NCBI GenBank assembly: GCA_018672055.1
Contig: JABHGM010000001.1
Location: 672,977-736,976 of the forward strand
From: a bacterium
GTDB taxonomy: Bacteria > Patescibacteriota > Patescibacteriia > UBA1558 > UBA10009
Direction: 5' to 3'
DNA length: 64,000 bases
Shown: positions 10,169 through 19,503 of the stretch, in pieces
Layout: each line of letters starts with the position of its first letter
Numbering within the stretch: the stretch's first letter is position 1
Notes under the pieces: model-generated
The model's database searches: none
The model's input: only the letters and a program-made list of their open reading frames with translations
Told to the model about the DNA's origin: nothing
Position numbers and translations under genes: made by a program

Positions 10169-10549
10169 TTAAACTCTTCTTACTTTCTTAGGACGACACC
10201 CATTATGTGGAATAGGTGTAACATCTTTTATAGTTATTACTTGTAAACCATTAGCGTGTAATGCACGAATTGCACCTTCTCTACCAGAACCAATACCTTT
10301 AACAAATACATCAATTTCTTTCATACCTACATTTTCTATTCTTTCTACAACATTTTTAACAATTATTGAAGCAGCATAAGGAGTTGCTTTTTTAGGTCCT
10401 TTAAAACCACAAACACCTGCAGATGATTGAGCTACAGTATTTCCATTTTGATCAGTAATAGTTACAATTGTATTATTATAAGTAGCTTGGACATGTGCTT
10501 GTCCACGCTTTATATTGATATTTGCTTTTTTCTTGCCTTTTTTAACCAT
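10169..10549 (-). CDS. rpsK: 30S ribosomal protein S11
   Basis: ATYNNTIVT, KKATPYAA, DVTPIPHNGCRP. Confidence 0.98.
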   Translation of the reverse strand: MVKKGKKKANINIKRGQAHVQATYNNTIVTITDQNGNTVAQSSAGVCGFKGPKKATPYAASIIVKNVVERIENVGMKEIDVFVKGIGSGREGAIRALHANGLQVITIKDVTPIPHNGCRPKKVRRV

Positions 10550-10561
10550 AGTATTTAAAAT

Positions 10562-10954
10562 TTATGTCTTTTGAGTTGCTCCAACTTTACCACTGCCCAT
10601 AGTTCTTCTTACATTTCCACGAACTGTTCTAGAATTAGTTTTAGTTCTCTGACCTCTAACAGGTAAACCTCTTGAATGTCTGGAACCTCTATATGATTTA
10701 ATTTCTTTTAATCTTTTAATATTTGATAATTTTTCTCTCTTTAAATCACCTTCTACTTTAAATTCTTTCTCAATTAATGTTCTTAACTTATTTACCTCAT
10801 CATCACTTAAGTCTTTTACACGAATATCACCACTTATTTGAGTATCTTTTAAAATTTTATTTGCTCTACTAAATCCAATACCATAAATAGCTGTTAAACC
10901 AGCTTCAATTCTTTTTTCATTTGGTAGATTTATACTTGCTATTCTTACAGCCAT
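10562..10954 (-). CDS. rpsM: 30S ribosomal protein S13
   Basis: [29 protein letters not shown]. Confidence 0.98.
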   Translation of the reverse strand: MAVRIASINLPNEKRIEAGLTAIYGIGFSRANKILKDTQISGDIRVKDLSDDEVNKLRTLIEKEFKVEGDLKREKLSNIKRLKEIKSYRGSRHSRGLPVRGQRTKTNSRTVRGNVRRTMGSGKVGATQKT

Positions 10955-10970
10955 AATATTAAATAATTAA

Positions 10971-11084
10971 TTAACCTTGTCTTTGTTTGTGCTTAGGATT
11001 CTTACAAATACAATGAACACGACCTTTGCGTCTTATTACTTTACAATCTTTACAAATTTTTTTAACTGAAGCACGTACTTTCAT
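10971..11084 (-). CDS. rpmJ: 50S ribosomal protein L36 (below ORF-track cutoff)
   Basis: Manual translation [37 protein letters not shown]; between infA and rpsM. Confidence 0.97.
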   Translation of the reverse strand: MKVRASVKKICKDCKVIRRKGRVHCICKNPKHKQRQG

Positions 11085-11126
11085 AATTTAATGAAATATA
11101 TTTATTAATATAAGGTATTTTTATTT

Positions 11127-11363
11127 TTACATTCTATAGGTAATGCGTCCCTTGGTTAAATCATATGGACTCATTTCAATTCTAACCTTATCCCCAGGTA
11201 ATAAGCGTATCTTATACATTCTCATTTTACCTGATAAATGGGCCAAAATCTCTTGTCCATTCTCTAATTTTACCTTAAAAGTAGTCGAGGGAAGCAATTC
11301 TTCAATAGAACCGATTACTTCAATAAAACCTTTTTGATTTGTTTTTGCTGTGTTTTCTTCCAT
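11127..11363 (-). CDS. infA: Translation initiation factor IF-1
   Basis: [18 protein letters not shown]...[24 protein letters not shown]. Confidence 0.98.
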   Translation of the reverse strand: MEENTAKTNQKGFIEVIGSIEELLPSTTFKVKLENGQEILAHLSGKMRMYKIRLLPGDKVRIEMSPYDLTKGRITYRM

Positions 11364-11501
11364 TTATTACTAATTTGGTATTAAAAAAGAAATTCTTCAC
11401 AAAATACTGTCACTTATTTAACTATATCTCGAATTTTGTTAGAATTTTCCTAAAATTAAGGAAATATTTAATCTTTTTAATAATTTCCACAAGTAGTAAG
11501 A

Positions 11502-11529
11502 ATTTTACACTATTTAAGAAATATGTCAA
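11502..11529 (-). promoter_or_regulatory. Putative sigma70 promoter for the infA-alpha operon
   Basis: TTGACA (11529-11524), 16 nt, TAAAAT (11507-11502). Confidence 0.55.
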
Positions 11530-11542
11530 GAGTATTCTTTAA

Positions 11543-13294
11543 CTACTCTAAAATTGCCTTAATTCGTCTAATTCCTTTAGATGAGGCGCTTTCTTTCACT
11601 ATTTTAAAGTTCCCTAAATCAGCTATTGATTCAACATGTGGTCCACCACATATTTCTTTTGAATAATCACCTACACTATATACTTTAACCTTATTTCCGT
11701 ATTTATTACTAAATAGACCAATAGCGCCTTGCTTCTTGGCTTCATCAACTGTTAATTCTTCAAAACTTACTTCTAAACCTTCAGATATCTTATTATTTAC
11801 TAAGCTCTCAACTTGTTTTTTCTCTTCATCTGTCATCTTTTCTGAATGAGAAAAATCAAATCTTAGTCTTTCATCATTTATATTACTACCTCTTTGTTCA
11901 ACATGATCCCCTAAAACTTCTTTTAAGGCTTGATGTAATAAATGAGTGGCTGTGTGATATTTAATTGAATTTTCACTATGCCCTACCATACCACCTTTAA
12001 ACTTACCTTTAGTAGCAGTTTTTGATAATTCTTGATGTTTAATAAATTCAGTATTAAAACTTTTCTCATCTACTTTGATACTTTTTTCTTTTGCTAGTTC
12101 CTGAGTAATTTCAAGTGGAAAGCCATAAGTTGAATATAGATTAAAAGCATCTTTTCCTGATATATCATTATCTGATAGTTTATCAAATTCCTTTAAACCT
12201 TTCTCTAATGTTTTTTCAAAAGTATCTTCTTCAAAATTTAACTCATTAATTATTCTTTGCTTATCTTCTTTTAGCTCTGGATAAATATCTCCATATTGAT
12301 CTATGACTATGTTTACTAGCGGTGTTGTAACATCGGTTTCAGTAGTAATACCTATTTTTTTAGCATGTCGTATTGCTCGTCTAACTAATTTTCTAACAAC
12401 ATAACCCTGATCTAAGTTAGAAGGAATAATATTTGCTGGCTCTGACATTATTAAACAAGCGGCTCTAATATGATCAGAAATTATTCTAGCTGATGTTTCA
12501 TTATAATCTAGAGCTTTAGTTTTTAATATTTCAATCATATCTTTAAAGCCTTCAAGTTCATAAACAGATGACTTGCCTTGCATAATTGCGGCAACTCTTT
12601 CTAAACCTAGTCCAGTATCAACATTTTTTTGTTTTAAAGGTATGTATTTACCATCTTCTGGTTTTTCAAATTCTAAAAATACATTATTCCATATCTCAAA
12701 CCAATTACTATCCTCTGGATTAAAATTACTTGGAGCTTTACCTTGACCAGTCCAATAAAATATTTCTGAGTCTGGTCCTTGTGGTCCAACAGAATGACCA
12801 CCTGCAGGCCACCAATTATCATCTTTACCGAGCTTAGCAATTCTTTCTTCATTTATACCAAGCTTTATCCAAGTATCATATGATTCTTGATCAAAAGGAC
12901 AATCTGAATCACCTTTAAATACTGATACTGCAATTTTATCTTTATCTAAACCTAACCATTTATTACTTGTTATAAATTCATAACTTAATTTAATTGATTC
13001 TTCTTTCCAATAATCACCTAATGACCAATTGCCCATCATTTCAAAAAAGGTTAAATGTGAATTATCACCAACTTCATCAATATCCCCTGTTCTAATACAT
13101 TTTTGGGCATCAGTTAACTTTTTACCAGCAGGATGTGTTTCTCCCATTAAAAATGGAACTAAAGGATGCATACCAGCTGTAGTAAAGAGCACAGATGGAT
13201 CATTTTCAGGAATTAAAGAAGCAGAGGGTATTATTACATGATCCTTTGATTCAAAAAATTCTAAGTATTTTGCTCTAACCTCGTTTATTGTCAT
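11543..13294 (-). CDS. alaS: Alanine--tRNA ligase, short form
   Basis: LFTTAGMHP, HLTFFEMMGNWS.GDY.K, DTGLGLER, editing motifs HTATHLLH and EICGGPHV, ending just after GIRRIKA. Confidence 0.96.
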   Translation of the reverse strand: MTINEVRAKYLEFFESKDHVIIPSASLIPENDPSVLFTTAGMHPLVPFLMGETHPAGKKLTDAQKCIRTGDIDEVGDNSHLTFFEMMGNWSLGDYWKEESIKLSYEFITSNKWLGLDKDKIAVSVFKGDSDCPFDQESYDTWIKLGINEERIAKLGKDDNWWPAGGHSVGPQGPDSEIFYWTGQGKAPSNFNPEDSNWFEIWNNVFLEFEKPEDGKYIPLKQKNVDTGLGLERVAAIMQGKSSVYELEGFKDMIEILKTKALDYNETSARIISDHIRAACLIMSEPANIIPSNLDQGYVVRKLVRRAIRHAKKIGITTETDVTTPLVNIVIDQYGDIYPELKEDKQRIINELNFEEDTFEKTLEKGLKEFDKLSDNDISGKDAFNLYSTYGFPLEITQELAKEKSIKVDEKSFNTEFIKHQELSKTATKGKFKGGMVGHSENSIKYHTATHLLHQALKEVLGDHVEQRGSNINDERLRFDFSHSEKMTDEEKKQVESLVNNKISEGLEVSFEELTVDEAKKQGAIGLFSNKYGNKVKVYSVGDYSKEICGGPHVESIADLGNFKIVKESASSKGIRRIKAILE

Positions 13295-13916
13295 AGATAT
13301 TTAAATTTTTAATAATATAGTTAAATGTAAAGAAATATATTAATATTGAAGCTACTATTCCTCCAGATAAATCAAAAATTAAATCAGATAAAGTATCATA
13401 ATAGATTTCTCCATTTTGACCAAACATACTGGCCCCTTCAAAAATATCATCAATTGATTTTTCAAAAAATTCCCAAGAAAATGAAAGTAGAATTACTAAT
13501 ACAAAATTACCAAATATTGTAAATACTTTATTAATCTTTTTAAAAAAGAAATTCTGGTAAGAGATAACAAATAAGGCAGTTATACTAAAATAGAATATAG
13601 GAACAATAAAATGTAAGAATGCATCATACCATAATGTTTCAAGGTTATGATAAAAATTAAGTGCACCTAGTAAATTACCCAAACAAGAAAAAGCTATAAT
13701 AAGTTGAATAGCATTTATTAACTTGATATCAACAAAACTTTTTACTTTTTTAGACTGACTATACCAATAATCTGGAAGGACTATAAAAAAGAGTGATACA
13801 GCAAACCCTGAAAGTCTTAAAAAGTCATTAAAGTAAAACATTATTAAACAAGCAATAATAAGAATATTAATTATTACATTAACAAAATAATTACTAGTTT
13901 TTGGTAAATATCTCAT
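13275..13916 (-). CDS. Multipass membrane protein (DUF2238/YjdF-like)
   Basis: About 6 TM; WYD..LH, WE..E and DTLSDL motifs; overlaps both mnmA and alaS. Confidence 0.6.
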   Translation of the reverse strand: MRYLPKTSNYFVNVIINILIIACLIMFYFNDFLRLSGFAVSLFFIVLPDYWYSQSKKVKSFVDIKLINAIQLIIAFSCLGNLLGALNFYHNLETLWYDAFLHFIVPIFYFSITALFVISYQNFFFKKINKVFTIFGNFVLVILLSFSWEFFEKSIDDIFEGASMFGQNGEIYYDTLSDLIFDLSGGIVASILIYFFTFNYIIKNLNIYDNKRG

Positions 13917-14965
13917 AATATTTTAGCCCCACCTAAACATATATCCTTATTATATAATACAATAAATTGTCCCGGAGTAATAGCCCTTTGCTTATTTTTA
14001 AACTTTACAACTAAAGTATCGTCTTTTTTATTAACTTCACACTCTTCATCTGGTTGCCTATATCTTATCTTAGAGAAGCATTTAAGAGGAAAACTAGGCT
14101 CTACACCACTTATCCAATATATTTCATTAGCAATTAACTCATGTTTGAATAAGGCATCATCTTTGTCACCTCTAGCTACAATTAAAATATTTTTTTTCAT
14201 ATCTCTATCTACCACATAGTATGGCATACCACCACCAACACCGATACCTCTTCTCTGACCAATAGTATAATACCAAACTCCTTCATGCTCACCTATCTTT
14301 TTACCTTCAGTTGTTATTATATCACCTTTCTTAGGCTTTAGTCTTTGTTTTAAAAATTCTTTCATTTCAACTTCACCTACAAAACAAATACCCTGACTAT
14401 CTTTTTTGCTATGAGTTATTAAGCCATGTTTTTTAGCTAGTTCTCTAATTTTAGATTTTTCGTACTCACCTATTGGGAATATACATTTTTTTAACTGATC
14501 TTTAGTTATTTGAAATAAAAAGTATGATTGGTCCTTGTTACCATCAACTCCTTTAGCTAGTTGATTATCAATATTTCTTACATAATGCCCAGTTGCTACA
14601 TAATCAGCGCCTTTAGCTAAAGCATAGTTTAAAAATGCTTTAAATTTTATCTGACTATTACATAATATATCAGGATTAGGTGTTCTACCCTCCTTATATT
14701 CTTTAAATAAATATTCAACTACATTTTCACGATATTCTTTTTCAAAATTTACTGTACTAAATTTAAGACCTAATTGACTAGCAACAACTCTAGCATCTTT
14801 TTCATCTGCTTTTAGCGGACACATTAAAAGACCTTCAGCTTCAGACTGAGGAGTCCAATTCTTCATAAATACTGCCTCTACATCATAACCTTGCTCTTTT
14901 AACAGATAACAAGCTACAGAAGAGTCTACGCCGCCTGATAAAGCAACGATCACCTTTTTATTCAT
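13913..14965 (-). CDS. mnmA: tRNA 2-thiouridine(34) synthase
   Basis: SGGVDSSV, GRTPNPDILCN, ATGHY, KDQSYFL, KKDSQGICF, TPGQ. Confidence 0.98.
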   Translation of the reverse strand: MNKKVIVALSGGVDSSVACYLLKEQGYDVEAVFMKNWTPQSEAEGLLMCPLKADEKDARVVASQLGLKFSTVNFEKEYRENVVEYLFKEYKEGRTPNPDILCNSQIKFKAFLNYALAKGADYVATGHYVRNIDNQLAKGVDGNKDQSYFLFQITKDQLKKCIFPIGEYEKSKIRELAKKHGLITHSKKDSQGICFVGEVEMKEFLKQRLKPKKGDIITTEGKKIGEHEGVWYYTIGQRRGIGVGGGMPYYVVDRDMKKNILIVARGDKDDALFKHELIANEIYWISGVEPSFPLKCFSKIRYRQPDEECEVNKKDDTLVVKFKNKQRAITPGQFIVLYNKDICLGGAKIL

Positions 14966-14990
14966 ATATTATATATATAGTATATTCTAA

Positions 14991-15022
14991 CTAAAAACAA
15001 GAGTTCAAGCTCTTGTTTTTAG
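14991..15022 (-). terminator. Intrinsic terminator
   Basis: ctaaaaacaagag-ttcaag-ctcttgtttttag, 13-bp stem just after the 15030 stop. Confidence 0.7.
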
Positions 15023-15029
15023 ACATATA

Positions 15030-16358
15030 TTAATCTTCTAATTCTTCTAAAGATTTTTTAATCTTTTCATCATGTTTCTTTCTGACTTTAATCAAATCCT
15101 CTAACTTATCCATAATTTCATCATTATGATCTTCAATATCATTTTTTAATCTATAATCATTATTAATTTCATGTTTTAATTCTTCAATTTTTTCATGATC
15201 TGAAATATTTTCAATTCTATCATTAAAGTGATCCATCTGTCTTAATCTACTTGCTTCAACTGCTTCAATAGCTTCAGGATTTTTTAATCTTGCTTTTACT
15301 TGTTCAAGTGTTCTTACTGAATTTAATTCAGATGATTCAAAGGTTCTAAATATTTTTTCTTTTTCCTCATCTGAAATATTTTCTAACTTAATTTTAAGAG
15401 CTTCAATACCATTAATCTTTAATTCATCTAAGTCATTATGAAATTCATTTAGTTTCCAATTATTAACACGTGCTTCTTGAATTTTGTCATCAACAAAATT
15501 ATATACTCTTAATTTATAGCCATCATCCGTTTCTAAGTTTTCGAGTTTTAATTTAAATTCCATCATTACTTCATCTGAGGCATTTTCATCTAAGTAATTT
15601 ACTAACCTTTCTCTAATTTCAATTTTAGTTTCTAAGAAATCTTCTTTAAAGTTTTCATTTTCGAAAGTATCACCTAATTCTTCCATAACTTTTAAGTGAT
15701 TTATATATTGCAATTTATTCTTAGCTTGTTCTTTCATTATTTTTTGAAGTCTTTCTTTAGAATTATCTACATCAACCCTTTCAATTAAATTTCCATAATG
15801 CTCTAAAGCTTTTTTCTTTTCTTCTTTTAATTTATCAATTTCTTCACCACTTAAAGCATTTTCTAATTTCTTATGTAAATTAGCAAAGAAATCTTGATGT
15901 TTAAACTGATTATCTGTAACTCTATCTAATAGCTCATCAACAGCTTCATCACCATTATTTTCTTTAATCTTTTCAATCCTAGTACTAACCTTATCCATTA
16001 ATTTATTATATTTAACATGATGTTTTTTAATAAGTTCCTGTATCTTAGGATCATCTGATTCATTTTCAGTAATTTTTTTAAGTTCAAATATTTTTTCATT
16101 TGCATACTTTAGATTTAAATCAGCTTTTTTCTCTGGATCAAATGTTACAGCACTTCTAATTACTTGTCCTAAATTCTTAAAAAAATAACCAAATTTATTT
16201 GTAGGCAAAATAGTTGGTTCTTTAATATCTAATGATTCTGCAGTAAATTCAGATAAATCACTAGTTGCCCCTGAGGTATCTTCTTCCTGAGCATTTAATG
16301 TATTTAAGCTAACTAGACTAAAAGTTAGTATTAATATTAATAAAATTACTTTTTTCAT
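15030..16358 (-). CDS. Secreted coiled-coil protein, DUF5667-like
   Basis: Signal peptide; ILPTN..GYFFK...TFDPEKKA.L....ANEK..E pattern, then a long charged helical region. Confidence 0.65.
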   Translation of the reverse strand: MKKVILLILILTFSLVSLNTLNAQEEDTSGATSDLSEFTAESLDIKEPTILPTNKFGYFFKNLGQVIRSAVTFDPEKKADLNLKYANEKIFELKKITENESDDPKIQELIKKHHVKYNKLMDKVSTRIEKIKENNGDEAVDELLDRVTDNQFKHQDFFANLHKKLENALSGEEIDKLKEEKKKALEHYGNLIERVDVDNSKERLQKIMKEQAKNKLQYINHLKVMEELGDTFENENFKEDFLETKIEIRERLVNYLDENASDEVMMEFKLKLENLETDDGYKLRVYNFVDDKIQEARVNNWKLNEFHNDLDELKINGIEALKIKLENISDEEKEKIFRTFESSELNSVRTLEQVKARLKNPEAIEAVEASRLRQMDHFNDRIENISDHEKIEELKHEINNDYRLKNDIEDHNDEIMDKLEDLIKVRKKHDEKIKKSLEELED

Positions 16359-16400
16359 ACTTTATTTATTTTAATAATTATATGTATATTATATCAAATA

Positions 16401-16446
16401 TTGACAAAATTGCATATTTAACCTAGTTTAAAGTTAATTAAGGAGG
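16401..16446 (+). promoter_or_regulatory. Sigma70 promoter plus Shine-Dalgarno
   Basis: TTGACA-17-TAGTTT; AGGAGG 7 nt before ATG 16454. Confidence 0.65.
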
Positions 16447-16453
16447 TAAAATC

Positions 16454-16906
16454 ATGTTTTTAACAGGAATATCCTATATAAGTAATAATGTTAGTAGAAA
16501 AATAATTAACTTATTTATTCTCACATTATCTCTTATATGTATTTGTTCAGTTATAGCTATGTATTTTGATAATATAATTGATTCAGATAAATTAAATATT
16601 ACTGGTTTACGAAATAGTATAATATGTATTGTCTTATGGATGGGATTTGGAAGTTCAGCTATTATTCTAGATATGATGAAAATTAAAAAAAGATTCATAA
16701 TAATAGTATGTTCAGCTCTTCATTTCAGCTTTTCATTACCACTTATACTATTTTTCAAACTTCCAATAAATAAACTAATAATAACTAATCATGAGTTATA
16801 TGAATATTTATGGCAGTACTACACTATTTTAATCTATTTGCAATTTATATATATTTTATATATAGCTTTAAAATCATTTATTTATATCATTAAAAATGAT
16901 ACCTAA
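16454..16906 (+). CDS. Hypothetical 4-TM membrane protein
   Basis: Strong SD, own promoter and terminator, four hydrophobic segments. Confidence 0.7.
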   Translation: MFLTGISYISNNVSRKIINLFILTLSLICICSVIAMYFDNIIDSDKLNITGLRNSIICIVLWMGFGSSAIILDMMKIKKRFIIIVCSALHFSFSLPLILFFKLPINKLIITNHELYEYLWQYYTILIYLQFIYILYIALKSFIYIIKNDT

Positions 16907-16936
16907 CCTCTTGTTAATTTAATAAGAGGTTTTTTT
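16905..16936 (+). terminator. Intrinsic terminator
   Basis: aacctcttgtta-att-taataagaggtt followed by a T-run. Confidence 0.7.
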
Positions 16937-16937
16937 A

Positions 16938-16984
16938 TTGACATAAAATAAATTATAAACTATGTTTAAATTAATTAAAGGAGG
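16938..16984 (+). promoter_or_regulatory. Sigma70 promoter plus Shine-Dalgarno
   Basis: TTGACA-17-TATGTT; AAGGAGG before ATG 16993. Confidence 0.65.
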
Positions 16985-16992
16985 ACCTAGCA

Positions 16993-17490
16993 ATGTTAAA
17001 AAGAATGAATGCTATTTATTCATTGGTATTTACTATATTTAGTATATTTTGCATAATAGGTACTATCCTAATGCATTATTATAATAATATAGGTATAGTT
17101 GGAAATAATTCAATAAATTTCCAAACTATAATAGTTTTATTATTCTTTATTAGTACTTTTACAGTCTTAACTAGAATTTATTTAGATTACTTTATAAATA
17201 ATAATTTAGATTACTTTTCTAAAAAACTGGGAGTACTAATAGGTAATAATGGTAAAAAGTTAAATATCAACTTCTATAATCAAGTTACTGTAGCTCATTT
17301 CATGATATCAGTTATATTAGCTTCAATTATATATAATATACCAATAGCTTCAGATATAGTAATATTTACTAAACTAGGAGAAATCTGGTATTTTATACTA
17401 AAAATCTGGTCATATACTTATATAATTTGGTTAATATTTAACTTTTATATATTATCTGGTATTGAACCTGAAACAAATTATGGGTCATAA
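16993..17490 (+). CDS. Hypothetical 4-TM membrane protein (probable distant paralog of 16454..16906)
   Basis: Strong SD; shared patterns C....MxY/F, A.HF, N/K.PI, Y..IW/YL.F.FY. Confidence 0.7.
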   Translation: MLKRMNAIYSLVFTIFSIFCIIGTILMHYYNNIGIVGNNSINFQTIIVLLFFISTFTVLTRIYLDYFINNNLDYFSKKLGVLIGNNGKKLNINFYNQVTVAHFMISVILASIIYNIPIASDIVIFTKLGEIWYFILKIWSYTYIIWLIFNFYILSGIEPETNYGS

Positions 17491-17509
17491 CATTTTATGA
17501 CCCATTTTT
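17480..17509 (+). terminator. Intrinsic terminator overlapping the stop codon
   Basis: atgggtcataa-cat-tttatgacccat followed by tttt. Confidence 0.7.
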
Positions 17510-17574
17510 ATTACTTGACATATTTAAGTAATTAGGATAATATATTATCAATCTAAAATTAAACATTAAATTAT

Positions 17575-17850
17575 ATGGCACATAAGAAAGCAGGCGGCTC
17601 CACAGGGCTTGGACGAGATTCAATATCAAAAAGATTAGGTTTAAAAAAACATGACGGGCAAGAAGTAAAGGCCGGTATGATTATAGTAAAACAAAGAGGT
17701 ACAAAGTTTAGACCTGGAAGCAATGTTAAAAAAGGAAAAGATGATACAATATTTGCCATAGTTCCTGGAAAAGTTAAAATTACTCAAAGACAAGTAAAAA
17801 GATATGATGGTAGCTTAAAGCCAGCAAAATTTATTAGTGTAATTAAATAG
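17575..17850 (+). CDS. rpmA: 50S ribosomal protein L27
   Basis: [38 protein letters not shown]; TTGACA-17-TAATAT upstream at 17515. Confidence 0.98.
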   Translation: MAHKKAGGSTGLGRDSISKRLGLKKHDGQEVKAGMIIVKQRGTKFRPGSNVKKGKDDTIFAIVPGKVKITQRQVKRYDGSLKPAKFISVIK

Positions 17851-17860
17851 TTAGTAATAT

Positions 17861-17893
17861 AAAAATCCTTACAATATTTGAAAGGATTTTTTT
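17861..17893. terminator. Bidirectional terminator between rpmA and ftsX
   Basis: aaaaatcctt...aaggattttttt between convergent genes. Confidence 0.7.
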
Positions 17894-17899
17894 AATTCT

Positions 17900-18808
17900 T
17901 TAAACTTTTAAGTATCTTCTAACTGCTAGTAAACTACTGGCCATAGTAATAATAATTGCAACAAAAAATTCAGAAGCAAATACCTTTATAAAGTTACTAT
18001 TTAAAGCTGAAATTAAATTTAAACTATATTCTCCAAAGAATCCATCAATATATGACTGTATAAAGCTTAAAAATGGATATAGTAGTATGAGAAGTAGAAT
18101 AAACCCTATAAAACTATAAAAGAAACCTTCAATTAGAAACGGTGATCTAATAAAACTATTTGAAGCACCAACTAATTTCATAATTCCTATTTCTTCACGA
18201 TGAGTATAGATACCTATTTGAATTGTATTAAAGACAACTAATACAGAAATTATTATAAATAATAAACTGATAAAGAAAAATGTTTTTTGAACTTTAACTG
18301 AATAATCAGAAATTCTTTCAATAAGTAATTTAGCTTCAGTAAATTCATTATCTTCTATCTCTAAAAATGGCGTATATTCTTCTTTAGACAATTCACTTAA
18401 AATTGCTGGAAAATCACCAATATCATGAACTGTTAATTTAATACTACCTTGGAATGGATTTTCTTCTAAAGCATCTAGTGATTCAATCATTAATGGATCA
18501 TGACTATGTCTGCTCGTAAAATCAACTAAAGTTTGCTCAGGAGTAACAAATATTGATTCTTTAATTGCTGGTAATTTATTAAGTTCAGAAACAAGTACTT
18601 CTGCTTGTTCATCTGTAGCTTCAGCTGTTAAGTCTATAAATACTTCAGTTCTATCTTCAACCACTTCTAAAACATGTTGAGTTAATATATTTACCATTAA
18701 TAAAAAGCTAATAGAAAATAATGATAGCGAAACTATAATAACAGTAACAACGGATAACCAAAAGTTTCTAAAGAAACTTTGGAATGCAAATTTTAACAAT
18801 CTTTTCAT
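17900..18808 (-). CDS. ftsX: Cell division permease FtsX
   Basis: 4 TM, ENPF, NTIQ..IY..REEIGIMKLVGAS..FIRSPFLIEG; follows ftsE. Confidence 0.95.
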   Translation of the reverse strand: MKRLLKFAFQSFFRNFWLSVVTVIIVSLSLFSISFLLMVNILTQHVLEVVEDRTEVFIDLTAEATDEQAEVLVSELNKLPAIKESIFVTPEQTLVDFTSRHSHDPLMIESLDALEENPFQGSIKLTVHDIGDFPAILSELSKEEYTPFLEIEDNEFTEAKLLIERISDYSVKVQKTFFFISLLFIIISVLVVFNTIQIGIYTHREEIGIMKLVGASNSFIRSPFLIEGFFYSFIGFILLLILLYPFLSFIQSYIDGFFGEYSLNLISALNSNFIKVFASEFFVAIIITMASSLLAVRRYLKV

Positions 18809-18822
18809 TTTAATCTAATTAA

Positions 18823-19503
18823 TTATAATATATATCTTCCTTTAAGTTGATCGCTTACAATCTGACCTTCATCAATGGTAATAACTCTCTTTTTTAAACT
18901 ATTTACTACTTCCCTATTATGGGTTACTAAAATAACAGTAGTACCTAATTCATTAATTTTTTTAAGTAAATCAATAATCTCTTTAGTATTTAAGGAATCA
19001 AGATTCCCGGTAGGCTCATCAGCAACTAATAATTTTGGTTTATGAACTAATGATCTAGCAATAACAACTCGTTGTTGTTCACCACCAGATAATTGACTTG
19101 GATAATGTTCTGATTTACCTTCCAAGCTAACTATTTTTAAAATCTGAGGTATTACTTTGTCAATTCTTTCATTAGTAGCTCCACAACTTTCTAAAGCAAA
19201 TGAAATATTTTCAAAAACTGTTTTTTTCTGAAGTAACTTAAAATCTTGAAACACTACACCTATCTGTCTTCTTAAAAATGGTACTTCTCTTTCTCCAATA
19301 TTCGTTATATCCCAACCACCAACTATTATTTTACCCTCAGTAGCTCTTTCTTCAGCAATAATTAATCTAATTAAAGTAGTTTTACCAGTACCACTTTGTC
19401 CTACTATGGAAACAAACTCACCTGGGTTAATATTTAAATCAACATCCTTTAATGCATAGGTGCCTGTATTATAATATTTGCTTACTTTTTTTAATTTAAT
19501 CAT
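18823..19503 (-). CDS. ftsE: Cell division ATP-binding protein FtsE
   Basis: GQSGTGKT, LRRQIGVVFQDFKLL, LSGGEQQRV, ADEPTGNLD. Confidence 0.96.
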   Translation of the reverse strand: MIKLKKVSKYYNTGTYALKDVDLNINPGEFVSIVGQSGTGKTTLIRLIIAEERATEGKIIVGGWDITNIGEREVPFLRRQIGVVFQDFKLLQKKTVFENISFALESCGATNERIDKVIPQILKIVSLEGKSEHYPSQLSGGEQQRVVIARSLVHKPKLLVADEPTGNLDSLNTKEIIDLLKKINELGTTVILVTHNREVVNSLKKRVITIDEGQIVSDQLKGRYIL

